Assembly (NCBI RefSeq): GCF_009914755.1
Contig: NC_060933.1
Source: the human T2T-CHM13v2.0 reference genome, Homo sapiens
Strand: one strand, 5' to 3'
DNA: 64,000 nucleotides
Position numbers and translations under genes: made by a program. The first letter of the stretch is position 1; every line of letters starts with the position of its first letter. Below are positions 27,830 to 44,561 of this stretch, one piece after another. Under the pieces are notes generated by a model. That model did not search any database and had not been told where the DNA came from. It worked only from the letters and a program-made list of their open reading frames with translations.

Positions 27830-30800
27830 CTTTTTTTTTAAATTTATTTTTAGTTTTTGTGGGTGCATAGGTGTATATGTTTATGGGGTACATGAGATAT
27901 TTTGATACATGCATGAAATGTATAGTAATTACATCATGGAATATGAAGTATCCTTCCCCTCAAGCATTTATCCTTTGTGTTACAATCTAATTATACTCTT
28001 TTTGTTACTTTTAAATGTACAATTATTATTGACTATAGTCACCCTGTTGTGCTATCAACTACTAGGTCTTATTCATTGTCTCTATTTTGTTGTATTCATT
28101 AATCATCCCCACCTCTTCTCCCACCCTCCTGCTACCCTTCTTAGCCTCTGGTAACTATCCTTCTACACTCTGTGTCCATGAGTTCAATTGCTTTGATTAT
28201 TAGATCCTGCAACATTTGTCTTTCTGTGCCTGGCTTATTTCTCTTAGCATAATGACTTCCAGTTCCATCCATGTTGTTGCAAATGATTGGATCTTATTCT
28301 TTTTATGGCTGAATAGTACTTCATTGTGTGTAAATACTATGTTTTCTTCATCCACTCATCTGTTGATAAACATTTAGGTTGCTTCCAAATCTTGGCTATT
28401 GTGAACAGTACTGCAACAAACATGGGAATGAAGATATTGCTTCTGTATTAGTCTGTTTTCATGCTGCTGATAAAGACATACCTGAGACTGGGAAATTTAC
28501 AAAAGAAAGAGGTTTAATTGGACTTAGTTTCACATGCTGGGGAAGCCTCACAAGCATGGTGGAAGGCAAGGAGGAGCAAGTTATGTCATACATGGATGGC
28601 AGCAGGCAGAGAGAGAGAGAGCTTGTGCAGGGAAATTCCACTGTATAAGGCCATCAGACCTCATGAGACTTATTCACTATCATGAGAACAGCATGGAAAA
28701 AACCTGACCCCATGATTCAATTACCTCCCACTGGGTCCCTCCCATGATATGTGGGAATTCAAGATGAGATTTGGGTGGTAACACAGCCAAACCATATCAT
28801 TCAACCTCTGGCCCCTCCCAAATCTCATGTCCTGATATTTCAAAACCAACTATGCCTCCCCAACAGTCCCCCAAAGTCTTAACTCATTTCAGCACTAACT
28901 CAGAAGTCCACATAGTCTTATCTGAGACAAGGCAAGTCCCTTCTGCTTATGAGCCTGTAAAATCAAAAGCAAGTTAGTTACTTCCTAGAAACAATGGGGA
29001 CACAGGCATTAGGTAAATACAGCCATTCCAAATGGGAGACATTGGCCAACACAAAGGGGCTACAGGCACCATGCAAGTCTGAAATCCAGCAGGGCAGTCA
29101 AATCTTAAAGCTCCAAAATAATCTCCTTTGACTCCATGTCTCACATCCAGGTCACACTGATGCAAGAGGTGGGTTCCCATGGTCTTGGGCAGCTCTTCCC
29201 CTGTGGCTTTGCAGGGTATAGCCCCCCTCCCAGCTGCTTTCATGGGCTGGCGTTGAGTGTCTGCAGCTTTTCCAGGTGCATGGTGCAAGCTGTCAGCGGA
29301 TCTAGCATTCTGGGGTCTGGAGGACAGTGGCCCTCTTCTCACAGCTCCACTAGGCAGTGCCCCAGTCGGGACTCTGTATGGGGGCTCCTACTCCACATTT
29401 TCCCTCTGCACTGCCCAAGCAGAGGTTCTCCATGAGAGCCCTGACCCTGCAGGAAACTTCTGCCTGGGCATCCAGGCATTTCCATATATCCTCTGAAATT
29501 TAGGTGGAGGTTCCCAAACCTCAATTCTTGACTTCTGTGCATCTGTGGGCTCAACATCACAGGGAAGCTGCCACGGCTTAAGGCTTGCACCCTCTGAAGC
29601 CATGGCCCAAGCTCCATGTTGGCCCCATTCAGCCAGTGCTGGAGCAGCCGGGATGCAGAGCACCAAGTCCCTAGACTGCGCACAGCACGGGGACCCTAGG
29701 CCCGGCCCATGAAACTACTTTTTCCTCCTAGGCCTCCTGGTCTATGATGGGAGGGGCTGCTGTGAAGACCTCTGACATGCCCTGGAGACATTTTCCTATG
29801 GTCTTGGGGGTTAGCATTTGGCTTCTTGTCACTTTTGCAAATTTCTGCAGCTGGCTTGGATTTCTTCTCAGAAAATGGGATTTTCTTTTCTGTCTCCTCA
29901 TCAGGCTGTAAATTTTCCAAAATTTTGTGCTCTGTTTCCCTTTTAAAACTGAATGCCTTTAATAGCACTCAAGTCACCTCTTGAATGCTTTGCTGCTTAG
30001 AAATTTTTCCTGCCAGATAACCTAAATCATCTCTCAAGTTCCAAGTTTCATAAATCTCTAGGGGAGGGGCAAAATGCCACCAGTCTCTTTGCTAAAACAT
30101 AGCAAGAGTCACCTTCGCTCTAGTTCCCAACAAATTCCTTGTCTCCATCTGAGACCTCCTCAGCCCGGATTTTATTGTCCATATCATTATCAGCATTTTG
30201 GTCAAGGCCATTCAACAAGTCTCTAGGGAGTTCCAAACTTTCCCACATTTTTCTGTCTTCTAAGCCCTCCAAACTGGTCCAACCTCTGCCTGTTATCCAG
30301 TTCTGAAGTCACTTCCACATTTTCAGTTATCTTTTCAGCAGTGCTCCACTCCCAGTACCAATATACTGTATTAGTCTGTTTTCATGCTGCTGATAAAGAC
30401 ATACCTGAGAGTGGGTAATTTACAAAAGAAAGAGGTTTAATTGGACTTACAGTTCCACATGACTGGGGAAGCCTCACAATCATGGTGGAAGGCAAGGAGG
30501 ACCAAGTCACATCTTACATGAATGGCAGCAGGCAAAGAGAGAACTTGTGCAGGGAAATTCCATCTTATAAAACCATCAGATCTCATGACACTTATTCACT
30601 ATCATGTGAACAGCATGGGAAAGACCTGCCCCCGTGATTCAATTACCTCCCACCATGTCCTTCCCATGACATGTGGGAATTCAAGATGAGATTTGGGTGG
30701 GGACACAGCTAAACCATATGCTGATTTCCTTTTTGGGGGGTATATACCCAGCAGTAAGGTTGCTAGATCATATGGTAGCTCAATCTTTAGTTTTTTGAGG

Positions 30801-32652
30801 ACCTTCCAAACTGCCCTCTGTAGTGGTTGTACTAATTTACATTTCCACCAACAGTGTACAAGGAGTCCCTCTTCTTCACATCCTTGTCAGCATTTGTTAT
30901 TGCCTATCTTTTGGATAGAAGCCACTTTAACCAAAATGAGATGATATTGAATTATAGCTTTGATTGCATATGTCTTCTTGAAAAATATCTACTCAGACCT
31001 TTTGCCCATTTTTTGATCAGATTGTATTTCTTTCTATAGATTTGTTTGAGCTCCTTATATATTCTGGTTATTAATCTCTTGTCACATGGGTAGTTTTCAG
31101 ATATTTACTCCCATTTTGTGGGTTGTCTCTTCACTTTGTTGATTGTATCCTTTGCTGTGCAGAAGCTTTTTTAACTTGATGTGATCTCATTTGTCCATTT
31201 TTGCTTTGGTTGCCTGTGCTTGTGGGATATTATTGCTCAAGAAATCTATGCCTAGACCAATGTTCTGGAGATTTTCCCCAATGTTTAATTGTAGTAGTTT
31301 CATAGTTTGAGGTCTTAGATTTAAGTTTAAGTCTTTTTTTTTTTTTGTATATGGCAAGAGATGGGGTCTAGTCTCATTCTTCTACATATGGACATTCAGT
31401 TTTCCCAGCACGTTTATTGAAGAGACTGTCTTTTTTCCAGTGTATTTTCTTGGCAACTTTGTGAAAAATGAGTTCACTGTAGGTGTGTGGATTTGTTTCT
31501 GGGTTCTCTATTCTGTTCTATGGGTCTGTGTGCCAGGAGTATGCTGCTTTGGGTACTATAGCTCTGTAGTATAGTTTGATGTCAGGTGATATTATTCTTA
31601 CAGTTTTGTTTTGTTTTGTTTTTCCTTAGGATGGCTGTGGCTATTCTGAGTCTTCTGTAGTTTTATATACATTTTAGGATTGGTTTTTATATTCTGTGAA
31701 GAATGTCATTGGTATTTTGATAATGATTGCATTTGAATCTGTAGATTGCTTTGGGTAGTATAGACATTTTAATAATACTGATTCTTCCAATTCATGAACA
31801 TGGAATATCTTTTCTTTTTTTGGTGTCCTCTTCAATTTCTTTCATCTGTGTTTTATAGTTTTTCATTGTAGAGATATTTTCACTTATTTGGTTAATTCCT
31901 AGGTACCTAATTTTATTTGTGGCCTTTGTAAAGGGAATTACTTTTTTGATTTCTTTTTCAGATTGTTCATTATTGGCATATAAAAATGCTACTGATTTTT
32001 GTATGTAAATTTTTGTATCCTGCAACTTTACTGAATTTGTTGATCAGTTCCAATAGTTTCTTTGGTGGAGTCTTTGGGTTTTTCAAAATATAAGATTTTA
32101 TTATCTGCAAACAAGGGTAATTTAACTTCTCCCTTTCCTTTCTGGAAGCCCTTTATGTCTTTCTTTTGTCTGATTGCTCTGGCTAGTACTTCCAGTACTA
32201 TGTTGAATAATAGTGGAGAAAGAGGGCATCCTTGTCATGTTCCAGAGCTTAGAGGAAAGGCTTTTCACTTTTTCCCCATTCATTGTGATAGTAGCTGAGT
32301 GTCTGTCATATATGGCTTTGCCCTCCTCTCAGCTGTGACAGGGCAACACAGTTCAATGTAAGTTCTCCATTTGCAGTGCTCTGTCTCTAAGTGCACAGAC
32401 TTTCTGAGCTGTGGGGCCACTGCTGGGGGATGGGAGAGGGGTGGTGTCAGTGATTCAAGACTGTCTCTCTCACCCTCTTTAATGTCTCTTTCAGCAATAT
32501 GAAGTTAAAACCAGGTATCGTGATTGCTCACCTGATTTTCGGTTCTTGTTATTGTACATTTTTGTATACAGATAATTGTTACAATTTGTTGTTCCTGCAG
32601 GAGGGATAAAAGGTGTAGGCTTCTATTCCCCATCTTTCTCTGCCTCCCTCTC
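27830..32652 (-). mobile_element. L1MA2-like element with a large internal deletion (5'UTR tip joined to mid-ORF2), host of THE1
   Basis: L1MA1/2 3' end (CTCAAGCATTTATCCTTTGTGTTACAA); TSD AGGATCCA(C/A)ATTT at 27817-27829 and 32653-32665. Confidence 0.85.
28444..30719 (-). mobile_element. Complete THE1 (A/B-type) MaLR: LTR 28444-28799, internal region 28800-30366, LTR 30367-30719
   Basis: Two direct ~355-bp repeats starting TGTATTAGTCTGTTTTCATGCTGCTGATAAAGACATACC; THE1-int sequence between them. Confidence 0.92.
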
Positions 32653-32733
32653 AGGATCCAAATTTGAACAGGACATTAGGCCCTACCCCACAAATGCTCA
32701 CAACCCAGTAGTGGATAGAAGCACATATACATT

Positions 32734-33079
<346 letters not shown>

Positions 33080-33367
33080 CTATAGAATTTCAGAGTAGAG
33101 TTGAAAAGAACACTGAGGAATTGTTCAGGGTTTCCTGGATAGGGGGCCTGAAGGATGAGGAATTCTTCAGGGGAAACTTTCTGCATAGAATAGTAAGGTT
33201 GGAAAGCACAAAGTAGGATGATAAGGACTCATGGTCTCAGCACAGAACTCTGGGACCGTATCAACAAATGAGGCTAGAATTGAACAATCCAGGGACAAAG
33301 TAGTGAGAGCCAATTTAGCCATATATTGACAGCATAATGAGAATATTATGGGTTAGAACTGGGGGTT

Positions 33368-34877
33368 GCATTAATTTTCTAGTGATGGCATAATAATCAC
33401 AGACTGGGTGTCTTAAGAGAAATTTATTTTCTCATAGTTGTAGAGGTTGGAAGTCCAAGGTCAATTCATTGGTAGGGTTGGTTTCTTCTGCAGCTTCTCT
33501 CCTTGGCTTATAGGTGGCCATCATTTTCCAGTGTCTTCACATGGTCTCCCCTCTGTGTGTGTCTGGTCCTAATATTCATCCCTTATAAGGACACCAATCA
33601 CTGAATTAGATCCCATTCTAATGACCTCATTTTAAATTAATTACTTCTTTAAAGAGCCTATCTCCAAATAGTCATGTGCTGCATAATGACTTTTTGGTCA
33701 ATGACCAACTACATATACCATGGTGGTGCTGTAAGATAATAATGGAGGTGAAAATTCCTATTATCTAGAAATGTCATAGACATCATAATCCTCAAAATGT
33801 AGCACAATATATTATTTGCTTGTTTGTGGTGGTGCTCGTTTAAACAATCCTACTGTGCCATCAGTCATATAAAAGTCTAGCACATACAGTTATGTAGAGT
33901 ATATAAGGCTTGATAATGATCATAAACAACTATGTTACTAGTTTATGAATTTACTATATTTTCACTGTCATTTTACAGTGTATGCCTTCTATTTATAAAA
34001 AAAGAAGTTAAATGTAAAGCAGCCTCAGGCAGGTCCTTCAGAGCATATTCCAGAAGAAGGAATTGTTATCACAGGGGTTGACAGCTCCATGAGTGCTATT
34101 GTCCCTAAAGACCTTCCAGTGGGACAAGATGTGGAGGTGAAAGACAATGATATTGATGATCCTGACTCAGTGTGGGCCTAGGCTAATGTGTGTGTTTTTG
34201 TCTTGATTTTTAACAAAAAATCTTACAGAATAAGGACATAAGGAAAGAATACTTTTGTATAGCTGTAAAATGTGTTTGTTTTAAGCTAAATATTATTACA
34301 AAATAGTCAAAGTTAAAATTTAAAAATTTATAAAGTAAAAAATTTACAGCAAACTATGGTTAATTTATTACTGAAAGAATTTTTAAAAATTATGTAGCCT
34401 AAGTGTACAGTGCTTATGAAGTCTACAGCCATATACAGTAATGTCCTGGGCCCTCCCATTCACTCGGTATCCCAGTGCAGCTTCCAGTCCTGCAAGCTCC
34501 ATTCATGGTAAGTGACCTATACAGCTGTGCTATTTAAAAAAAAAAAGTTATACTGCAATTTTACTATACATTTTCTATGTTTAGATACACAAGTATGCAC
34601 TATTGTGTTACAATTGCCTGCAGTATTCAGTAAAGCATATGCTGTTCAGATTTATAGTCTAGGAACAATAGGCTATATTCCATATAGCCTGGGTATATAG
34701 TAGGGTATACCGTCTAGGTTTCTATAAGTACACTCTGTGATGTTTGCACAATGATGAAATTGCCTAATGACACATTTCTCAAAACATGTCACTGACAGCA
34801 CAGTCATGTTCTGAGATATTGGGGTTAGAACTTCAACATATAAATTTGGGGACAGGGATACAATTTAGCCCATAATA
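33368..34877 (-). mobile_element. MLT1B-like LTR split by Tigger3b
   Basis: CCCTATCTCCAAATA | CAGTCATGTTCTGAG continues across the insertion. Confidence 0.75.
33671..34795. mobile_element. Tigger3b-like DNA transposon
   Basis: GTCATGTGCTGCATAATGAC terminus; AGCCTCAGGCAGGTCCTTCAG...GACAAGATGTGGAGGTG; inserted at TA. Confidence 0.8.
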
Positions 34878-35680
34878 GGGAGATAAAGTGTGATAAGGTA
34901 TGTATGAATATATATGGGTTTACATGCATTTGAGGTGAAGTCAAGTCCACCTGATCTCAATGATGCGAACAAGGAATAGATCCATTGAACAAAAGAATGG
35001 GAAAAGAAAGGACCAAAGTAAGCTGGGCAGAAAGAAAAAAATAGAAAAGAGCTTAGAAGCAGCTATAGAAAGAAAAGGAGGTTGCAGAGATTAGGAGAAA
35101 GAGTAGAACAAGGGTCCAGAAAAATAGAAAACACGGTATCTTAATATGATGAATGGATAACAGTGATCAGCAGAGGAGGGAGGTGATCGTGGCAAGTGAT
35201 GGTTAGCATGGCTAAATAGTAGAAAAACAGTGGCCAAATGGGCTTGAAGAAGAGAGACCAACTATTAATAAGTATTTTCCCCCAAGAAAAACACCAAACA
35301 CGCTCTAAGAAAGTTACATGCTAAATTTAGTCAGAGGCAAGCTAGTATGTTTTTTAAATGTGGGAGAAACAGGCTCATGGTGACAAAAAAGTGTTATGGC
35401 ATATATTATGTTTTTACCTGTGTTCCACATTTACATAATGGCAGCTGCTTTCGTATGAACACTACAGGATTCGTTATCAAATAATAGTGAAATGAGATTT
35501 TTACTGTGAGCCTGACAGTGTTTAGTACCAGCCTTCACACTGAGACCAAAGAGATAAGATAGGGCCTCTCTACAGAAGAAATTTACATGTTGCCGTTCAA
35601 TGTATATCTTTACATATTTATGTTATTTTAACATCAAGGAAAGCCTTTTATTTCTCCATGCTTCATCTGTGTGGACACTC

Positions 35681-35716
35681 ATTCCTGTCTGGAAACCTAT
35701 TCCTGTCTGGAAACCT
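35681..35716. repeat. Perfect 18-bp tandem duplication
   Basis: ATTCCTGTCTGGAAACCT twice. Confidence 0.95.
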
Positions 35717-36121
35717 CAGCAGTTGGCGTGAAAGAGGCATTTTGTTATAGGAGTTGAGTTGCAAAATGAAGACTTATCTTACTGGTATGTAAAATATTCA
35801 GGCCTGGAAGTTTACTGGATAGCTTGAAAATTTAAACTACAGGTTCAGAGTTTGCACTGAAAACATGAACAACCTTGAAAACTTGCTGTTTTACCTAATA
35901 CTACCAGTTTTTTTGTTGGAAGTCCATGATGTAGAATGCACCATGGAGGATCAAAAGAACTGTACAATGTGCATGTTTGGGGAGTTGATGACTTAGTAGC
36001 ACGCTAGGTGGTACACTCTCCTGGACTGAAAGTCAGAAGAACTTATGCTAATGCGAACCATTGCATTGTAGCTTCAAAAGTCATTACTTCTTACATCTGA
36101 TTCCCTCTCCACTGTCCTAAC

Positions 36122-36418
36122 TTTTTATTTTGAAAAATTTAGAAGAATAAAGCAAACACTCATATAACCTATATTCACCAATAGATAACATTTCATTATA
36201 TTTGTTCCATTTCTCTATATATCATTATCTATATATGTATTTGTTTACCATTTTTTCTGAATCATTTCAAAAAAGTTGCAGATATGATAGGACATGCTTA
36301 AATATGCTGACGTGTATCACCTAGAAACAAGACCAGTCTCCTATATAACCACATAACTACATACTTACATTGATATAGAAATATTATTTATAGTCAAATC
36401 TTCCAAATTGCCCCAACT
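36122..36418 (-). mobile_element. L1MC4/5-type 3' end
   Basis: TTTTCTGAATCATTTC...AAGTTGCAGATATGAT...CTCCTATATAACCACA. Confidence 0.6.
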
Positions 36419-36674
36419 GCATCTGTGTTGCTACAAAGGGCATGATTTCATTCTTTTTTTTTTTTATGGCTGTGAAGTATTTTACAGTGTATAGGTACCA
36501 CATTTTCTTCATCCAGTCTACTACCATTGATCTGCACCTGGGTTGATTCTATGTTTTTTTTGTATTGTGAATAGCATAGTGATGAACATATGAGTGCATG
36601 TGTCTTCTTGATTTATTTTCCTTCGGGTGTACACCCAGTAATAGAATTGCTGTGTTGAATGATAGCTTTAAGTT

Positions 36675-37086
<412 letters not shown>

Positions 37087-38974
37087 TAACACGTGTTGTG
37101 TTTTGACTTTTTCATAATAGCTATTCTGACTGCTGTGAGATCGTATCACACTGTGGTTTTGATTTGCATTTCCAGAGTGATTAGTGATGCTGAGCACGTT
37201 TTTGTTGGTTGGCTGCTTGTATGTCATCTTTTGATAAGTGTCTGTTCATATACTTTGCCCATTTTTAAAAGAGGTTATTTTTTATTTAAGTTTCCTGTAT
37301 ATTCTAGATATTAGGTCTTTGACAGATACATAGTTTGTGAATATTTTCTCCCATTCTGTAGGTTGTCTGTTTACTCTGTTGAATAGTTTCTTTTGTTATG
37401 CAGATGCTCTTTAGTTTAACTAGATCCCACTTACCTATTTTTGTTTTTGTTGCAATTGCTTTTGGGGACTTAGCCAAAAATTCTTTTCCAAGGCTGATGT
37501 CAAAAAGAGTATGTCCTAGGTTGTCTTCTGGGATTTTTGTAGTTGGAGGCCTTAGATCTAAATCTTTGATCCATTTTGAGTTAATTTTTTGTATATGGTG
37601 AAAGGTAGAGGTCCAGCTTCAATCTCCTACATATGGCTAGTCAGTTGTCCTAGCACCATTTATTAAATAGGGAGTACTTTCCCCATGGCTTGTTTTTGTC
37701 AGCATTGTTTAAGATCTGATGGTTTTAGGTGTTCAGCTTTATTTCTGAGTTTCCTATTCTGTTCTATTAATCTATATGTCTGTTTTTGTACCAGTATCAT
37801 GACGTTTTGGTTACTGTAGCTTTATAGTATAGTTTGAAGTCAAGTAGTGTGATACCTCTGGTTTTTTTCCTTAGGATTCCTTGACTATTTGAGCTCTTTT
37901 TTGGTTCCATATGAATTTCAGAATAGGTTTTTTTCCCCAATTCTGTGAAGGATGATGCTGGCAGTTTCATAGGAATAGCTCTATATCTGTAGATTGCTTT
38001 GGGCAGTATGGCCATTTTTATGACATTGATAGTTCCAATCCAACATTGTGGAATGTTTTTCTATTTGTGTCATCTCTGATTTCTTTCAGCAGTGTTTTAT
38101 AGTTTCTATAGGAATCTTTCACCATGTTAGTTAGCTGTATCATTGGATATTTCATTTTCTTTGTGGCTACTGTAAGTGGGATTGTGTTCTTGATTTCACT
38201 CTCAACCTGGATGTTGTTGATGTAAGGGAATGCTATTGATTTTTGTATCCTGAAACTTTACTACAGTTATTTATCAATTCTAGGAGCCTTTTGGCAGAGT
38301 CTTTAGGATTTTCTAAGTGTAGGATCATGTTGTAAGTGAAGAGAGATAATTTGACTTCCTCTCTTCCTATATAGATACCTTTTCTTTCTTTCTCTTGCTT
38401 GATTCTTCTGGCTAGGACTTCCAATACTATATTGAATAGGAGTGGTGAGAGTGAGCTTCTTTGTTTTGTTCCAGTTCTCAAGGGAAATAGTTCAAGCTTT
38501 TACCCATTCGTATAATGTTGGCTGTGGATTTTCATAGATAGCGTTTATTAGCTTGAGGTATGTTCCTTCAATGCCTAGTCTGCTGAGAGTTTTTATGAAG
38601 GGATGTTGGATTTTATCAAAAGCTTTTTCTTTGTGTATTAGATGATCATATGGTTTTTGCTTTCAATTCTGTTCGTGATGAATCACATTTATTGATCTGC
38701 ACATGTTGAACCAGCCTTCCATTCCTGGAATAAAGCCTACTTGATCATGATGTATTAACTCTTTGATGTGCTTCTGGATTCAGTTTGCTAATATTTTGTA
38801 GAGAATTTTTGCATCTGTGTTCATCAGGAATATTAGCCTGAAGTTTTCTTTTTTGGTTGTGTCTCTGCCAGATTTTGGCATCAGACTGATAGTGACTTTA
38901 TAAAATGACTTAGGGAGGAACCCCTCATCCTTGATTCTTTTGGGATAGTTTCAGTAGGATTAGTATCAGTTATT

Positions 38975-39271
38975 AAGTTTTTTTTGAGATGGAGTCTCAC
39001 TCTGTCACCCAAGTTGGAGTGCAGTGGTGTGATCTTGGCTCATTGCAGCCTTCACCTCCTGGATTCAAGTAATTCTCCTGCCTCTGTCTCTTGAGTAGCT
39101 GGGAATGCAGGCACCCGGCATCACATTCGGATAATATTTTTGGGTATTTTTAGTAGAGACGGGGTTTTGCCGTGTTGGCCAGGCTGGTCTTGAACATCTG
39201 ACCTCAAGCGATCTGCCCCTCTTGGCCTCCCAAAGTGCTAGGATTACAGGCACGAGCCACTGTGCCTGGCC
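38975..39271 (-). mobile_element. AluSx/Sz-like
   Basis: TSD GTATCAGTTATT at 38963-38974 and 39273-39284. Confidence 0.9.
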
Positions 39272-39704
39272 GGTATCAGTTATTTGTATGCCTGGTAGAA
39301 TTCAGCTGTGAATTCATCTGGTCCAGGGCTTTTTTTTGGTTGGTAGGTTCTTTATTACTGATTCAATTTTAAAAGTTGATGCCTGTTCAGGGTTTCAATC
39401 TCTTCCTGATTCAATCATGGGATCTTGTGTGCATGCAGAAATTCATCCATTTCCTCTAGATTTCCTTTTTTTTTTTCTTCAACTTTTATTTTAAGTTTTG
39501 GGGTACAGGTGCAGGATGAGCAAGCATGTTACATAGGTAAATGTGTGCCATGTTGGTTTGCTGTACAGATCAACTCATCACCTAGGTATTAAGCCTAGCA
39601 TCCATTAGCTATTCTTCCTGATGCTCTCCCTCCCCATTGCCCCTGACAGGTCCTAGTGTGTTTTTCCCCCCCATGTGTCCATGTGTTCTCATTGTTCAGC
39701 TCCT

Positions 39705-43490
<3,786 letters not shown>

Positions 43491-43544
43491 GATGATAGTT
43501 GGTTATTTTGCAGACTTGTTCATGTGGTTGCTTCAAAGTGTCAC

Positions 43545-44561
43545 TGGTCTGTCAGTGTGTTTTTTTAGTGGCTGGTAATGGTTTTTCCTTTCCATGCTTA
43601 GTGCTTCCTTCAGGAGCTCTTGCAAGGCAGGCCAGATGGTGATAAATTCCCTTAGAACTTGCTTGTCTTCAAACAATATTATTTCTCCTTTGCTTATGAA
43701 GCTTAGTTTGACCTGATATGAAATTCTGGGTTGAAAATTTTCTTTAAGAATGTGAAATATTGGCCTCCAATTTCTTCTGGCTTGTAGGGTTTCTCCTGAG
43801 AGGTCCACTGTTAGTCTGGTGGGTTTCCCTTTGTAGGTGACCTGGCATTTCTCTCTGGCTGCCCTAAACATTTTTTTCTTTCATTTAGACCTTGGAGAAT
43901 CTGACTATGTGTCTTGGGGTTGATCTTCTCATTGAGTATCTTACTGGGGCTCTCTGGATTTCCTGAATTTGAATGTTGGCCTGTCTTGATAGGTTGGGGA
44001 AGTTCTCTTGGATGATATTCTGAAGTATGTTTTTCAACTTGGTTCCATTTTCCCTATCTCTTTCAGTTACCCCAATCAGTTGTAGGTTCAGTCTATTTAC
44101 ATAATCCTATATTTCTCTGAAGTTTTGTACATTCCTTTTAGTTCTTTTTTCTCTATTCTTGTCTGCCTGTCTTATTTCAGAAAGATAGTCTTCAAGCCCT
44201 GAGATGGTTTCCTCCACTTGGTCTATTCTGCTATTGATACTCATGATTGCATTGTGAAGTTCTCATGTTGTGTTTTCAGCTCCATCAGATCAGTTATGCT
44301 CCTCTCTGAATTGGCTATTTTGGTTACCAGCTCCTGTATTGTTTTATCATGATTCTTAGCTTCTTTGCTTTGGGCTAGAACATGCTCCTTTAGCTCAGTG
44401 AAGTTTGTTATTACCCACCTTCTGAAGTCTACTTCTGTCAGTTCAGCCATCTGAGCCTCAGCCCAGTTCTGTGTCCTTGCTGGAGAGGTGTTGTGGACAT
44501 TTAGAGAAGAGGCACTCTGGCTTTTTGAGTTTTCAGCATTTTTGCATTCATTCTTCCTCAT
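43545..44561 (-). pseudogene. Disrupted L1 ORF1
   Basis: MRKNECKNAENSK... and RAAREKCQVTYKGKP...FQPRISY fragments. Confidence 0.85.

Noticed and set aside
28974-29968. Several overlapping 80-120 aa ORFs
   Set aside because: They lie in the GC-richer THE1 internal region, a known decayed MaLR sequence
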